Assembly: GCA_051362555.1 (NCBI GenBank)
Contig: CM120640.1
Coordinates: 13,826,001-13,890,000 of the forward strand
Reading direction: 5' to 3'
DNA length: 64,000 nt
Origin: Lingula anatina
Taxonomy: Eukaryota > Animalia > Brachiopoda
Part shown: piece after piece, positions 60,401 to 64,000 of the stretch
Layout of the letters: every line of letters starts with the position of its first letter
Position numbering within the stretch: position 1 is the stretch's first letter
Translations under genes and position numbers: made by a program
The notes under the pieces: generated by a model
What the model saw: only the letters and a program-made list of their open reading frames with translations
What the model was told of the DNA's origin: nothing
Databases searched by the model: none

Positions 60401-63259
60401 AATTTGAGGAGAAGGTGAAAACATATCGTTGGAAAACGCTCATAAGTACCCAAGGGCATGTGTCACATCGCAACCATCAAGACATGGGACAGAGCTGTTG
60501 AAGAAATGAACACGTTTGTACCAAATAACTTCATATTTATGCTTGAGGAATGTGAAGGCACTAGTGAATCACGCATTTGTGCAGCCGGTGTTTCATTATC
60601 TGCTGCATTTGAATCACAGATCTGATGCTAATTTTGTTAGCGAAAACAAAACAAATTAATTTATAAAAACAGCAAAAAAGAATTCGAGCACCATTACTGC
60701 ACGGAGGGATCACTCAGCACAACAATCAAAGACTTCCCGGCGGATGTGACTTTGTTGATCTAACAAAAAGACCATGCCCACCTAAACAGTGACAAGCTGG
60801 GCCATGGGCAAGGGGCACAACATTTTAATATTCCAGCTTCAAAACTTGTTCAAATGATTATGAAAATATTGACTCAATCTTGCCACTCTTTTAGTAGCGG
60901 CAAGTTTTTTCTGACCTCCAGGTTGACCTCCCAGACGCATCTTTAGTAGATAATAGGCATGTACATTCTCTAAGTGGGGAGCACGTGAAAACAAATAAGA
61001 CCAGACATGGCTAAATAGCTCAGATATTAGAGAAACGCCACTCAGCATTTGACATTAAAAATAAGTGCTTCCTCCCTTGCACCTTTTATATATTACAGCA
61101 TTTGTTTTAAAACGACGGGGAAGAATGTTGACGAACTTAAAATTTTTCGTAAAAAGCACCAAAACAGCTATTTCATTACTTGTTAGGAGACGGCTTCGCT
61201 AATCATTTGCAGGGTTGGACGCACTTAAATTTATTGGTTCAATACTTTGGTACAAATTTACCTTGCGTGAGTCTTTTGATGGAAATGAAATAACAAAGAT
61301 AAATTTAACTATGTAGTGCCATTTTTCATTATCTGCTCGGTAAAAATAGCACACGAAACATGCTATTGTGTGTGATTCTCATAATAATAAGTGAGCTCTC
61401 TCCCTGAGATGATGGAGCAGTTTATTTCATTGGAACGACTTAATTCAACGCAAAGAAATATTTATTTGTTTGGCTTTTCACGTAATCGGCATCTTGATAC
61501 ATATTTTCCTCGAACAAATATTTGTTTAAGTGATAAGATGAATATCTGAAATACGACAACCAACCACACGTATTATGAAATTCGAGTGATTGTGGAGAAA
61601 AACGCGGATTCCTGTGTAGAGGAGCCATCGCGACCGCTCGAAGGCTGACAAAAGACGAAAAGACGCAAGGCCTCAGATTATGTGAGTTTCCGTGTCAGAA
61701 GTACCTTCCTCCGGTAACTGCCGTGTCATTCTCGGTCGCGGTGATATGCGACTCTCATCTTCATTAAGGACGCACCCGTCGTGCCACGCGCCGGATTGCC
61801 GCGCCCCTGATATCTTGATCAGTCCATCTGTGAGGAATTCGGTCCGATTTTGGGTTTTGTTAGCGAAAAGGTCGCGACCTGTCTCCTCCACTCGGCAAAA
61901 CATCGCCTCGCTTACAACAATGGATGACCCCAGATCGTTGTGAGGTCGGAATAACAAAATTTCACTTGATTGGAAATCATAAAATTACGTCTGACTTCTA
62001 GCTGAACCCTGTCTTTTATCTACGGCACATTTTGGCACTCATGTTCGTGAAAAATACTTATTCTGTTAACTTTTAGAGCGAGAGGAATTGGCCAAGGGGA
62101 CGTCTGTGTAAACTTTGGAATGAAAGGGGTTGACACGTCCACAGTTTAACTTGAGGTCCATGGGTACCGTTTTATTGAAATTGTAGATGGTTTGATAATA
62201 TTGCCGAAAAGGAAAAGGGCACCTGTTTCGGCCGCGCCCCAATGGATTCATTGACTGGCTGTCAAATACGTGATGTCCACTCAAAGCAACGGAGAACAAA
62301 CATGAAGTGTTTTACATATGTATTTTGCTATACTCGTTCTAAATAATGATTGTTTAGATACAGATCAATGTGTTTTCTCTATACTAAACTAAGATTTCCC
62401 TTGCACGAAAAAGTGTCGGACAAATAGCTACAACCCTTGTCAAACTTTCATTCCAAAGTTTATCTAGACAACTCCTTGGCCAATTAATTCATACAGTCTT
62501 GTTAAATAGCGTAGATTGCTGGTGTAAATGAAAGGATTTCGAATGAAATGGGACATTGAATGCATATGTCTTCAATGAAATATTGCACGGCGAAAAATGA
62601 TTAACCATCTTCCAGACCGCAATGAAGATACATGGCTCTCCGTCACAGAAACGCGCCGAGTTCTGCCGCAAAACGTGCCGTAAATTTACAGGTTAATCGT
62701 TAACACGGAAAAATAACCTCATTTTACGTCGCGCTCTTTGTCTTATGTGTATAACAACTCACCACTTCTTCCACCTCCAGTGAGTGGGTTTATCTTTCCA
62801 AGACAACACATCAATGATGTTATTCTGTGCTGTTTTTATGATTTCGAGCGCAAAATGCCGTTTTAATGTGCAATCGAAATTCCAGCATGTAAACGATTAC
62901 TCAACCTAAAGATACGCTTCAAGTGCACTGGAGGGCAAAGTGCCAGACAAACCAGGCTATTTATCTCGTCTATTCACAGAAAGAAAAAAATATATATCAG
63001 AGATACAAGAAAGATACCAGGTGCCTGAAATATAAAAGAAAGTAAAGATAAAGTGGCGGGAATGGTACGCATTCTGAAAAATACTAAGAATCGACGTTTA
63101 AAACGATTCAGTTTCTTTTACGAAAGTATCCACTATATCAAAATCGCTGTACCTACCTGCCACTGGGCTTGATGAAATATAGAGTATCATCCACAAGCAA
63201 GTAAGCAGGACCACGGATTTCCCCATTACGGCGCGGTGAATGATGGTAAAAGTCTGCAT
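51403..63259 (-). CDS. FST: Follistatin: signal peptide, N-terminal TB-like domain, three follistatin (FOLN+Kazal) domains, acidic tail; 6 exons, about 345 aa
   Basis: Exons 63157-63259 (second in-frame ATG at 63226; MGKSVVLLTCLWMILYISSSPVA), 58668-58859 (AGNCWL..CQ..EECC), 56607-56828 (FS1, basic KRCKMRNGRPKC), 56176-56400 (FS2), 51956-52192 (FS3), 51403-51461 (DAFNVDYYDASGINDPSTE*). All introns phase 1, total 1038 nt. Kazal motifs CGTDGRMY, CGADGVTY and CGTDNQTY. Confidence 0.93.
61600..61950. promoter_or_regulatory. CpG/GC-rich island in follistatin intron 1, candidate regulatory element
   Basis: Sharp local rise in GC and CpG. Palindrome AGGTCGCGACCT at 61869-61880, further GGTCGCG copies near 61628 and 61734, GCCGCGCC near 61798. 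The overlapping ORFs are not recognisable proteins. Confidence 0.35.
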
Positions 63260-64000
63260 TTTTGCAAGAAGCAGTTTTTTTTATATTTTATGCAATCAGC
63301 CTGACTCTTCCAACGTCCAGAATAAAATGATATAATAGAAACGAAGCAGAAAAAAATCGTTTTTCCAATAAGGGCACTGTCGTAGATGTGATGCACGTAA
63401 CACCGATGTTAACGCATATATCTCTCTCCGTCTGGCTATCCACGCAATTTATACGGGGACCATGTTTGCCTCTTCCCAACCACGTGGTTAGCGATCCCGT
63501 CAATGAATGAGACTAAAGGGACCGACTCAGAACACGCATTGCTAAACATTTCCAGTTAAAACAATAGAGAAGCATGACTTTTTTAATCGGAATACCTTCT
63601 GCTTTAATTTGGGTGGGGGGATTCAAGGCCAACGATTATTTACTCGTTTGGAGACCCATTCCCAGTTAGAGGAATGAAATACCTTCATTTGTGTCACATT
63701 CCTGGCCGATAATGTATTAGATGAACTGTACTTAATCAAAATGCCTTTAAACACGTCATCTCACGATTAAAGGACTAAAGGTGTTAAAAGTAGTTGTGGG
63801 GTTTAGAAAGGCTCACAGAATAAGCGAAACCGTCAGACAAAATGCAATAAAGCTACACATTTTTATGGAGAAACATCTCTCATCCGTTTGAGAAAAGCAA
63901 CCATAAAACTGATTAAATAACAGTGATAACAAAAAAAAAAGCGTTTTGAGATAGCCCATTACTACTGTCCCTTTTTGTGCTACTGGCACTGTCAGTCTGA

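Noticed and set aside
61262-61322. Possible follistatin signal-peptide exon ending CAAG|gtaaat
   Set aside because: The required frame has an in-frame TAA (MALHS*). The exon at 63157-63259 gives a clean signal peptide in the right phase.
61673-61957. Overlapping 94-aa and 83-aa ORFs in follistatin intron 1
   Set aside because: Non-ATG starts and no recognisable domain. High GC content explains the open frames.
63018-63024. 7-nt exon-like segment in follistatin intron 1 (strong pyrimidine tract, tttcag|GCACCTG|gtatct)
   Set aside because: It would shift the frame and the donor is weak. It cannot be supported without transcript data.

Overview
AT-rich animal genomic DNA, most likely an invertebrate bilaterian. 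The repeat types suggest a mollusc or other lophotrochozoan, but the species cannot be determined from the sequence. I assembled five complete intron-containing genes by hand, with GT-AG boundaries and consistent reading phase: a RAVER1/2-like PTB-binding RRM gene (-, 13 exons, 762 aa), mitochondrial ALDH2 (-, 14 exons, 518 aa), a long-tailed myosin IE/F (-, 29 exons, about 1116 aa), NDUFS4 (+, 5 coding exons, 172 aa, head-to-head with the myosin) and follistatin (-, 6 exons, about 345 aa). A myosin intron holds an intact 2.9-kb non-autonomous Helentron/HINE-type element whose core is about 12 copies of a 146-bp unit, organised as 292-bp dimers and rich in AGGTCA nuclear-receptor half-sites. 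There are also several MITE-like inverted-repeat elements and microsatellites. The best second-look items are that element, a candidate 18-nt myosin microexon, a U12-type intron, an alternative donor extending the myosin tail, an ALDH2 gene that appears to carry both ALDH1A- and ALDH2-type introns, and the NDUFS4-follistatin adjacency. I saw no rRNA, tRNA, CRISPR array or transposase gene, and I cannot claim a clearly new biological system. Comparisons with vertebrate genes are from memory and need checking.
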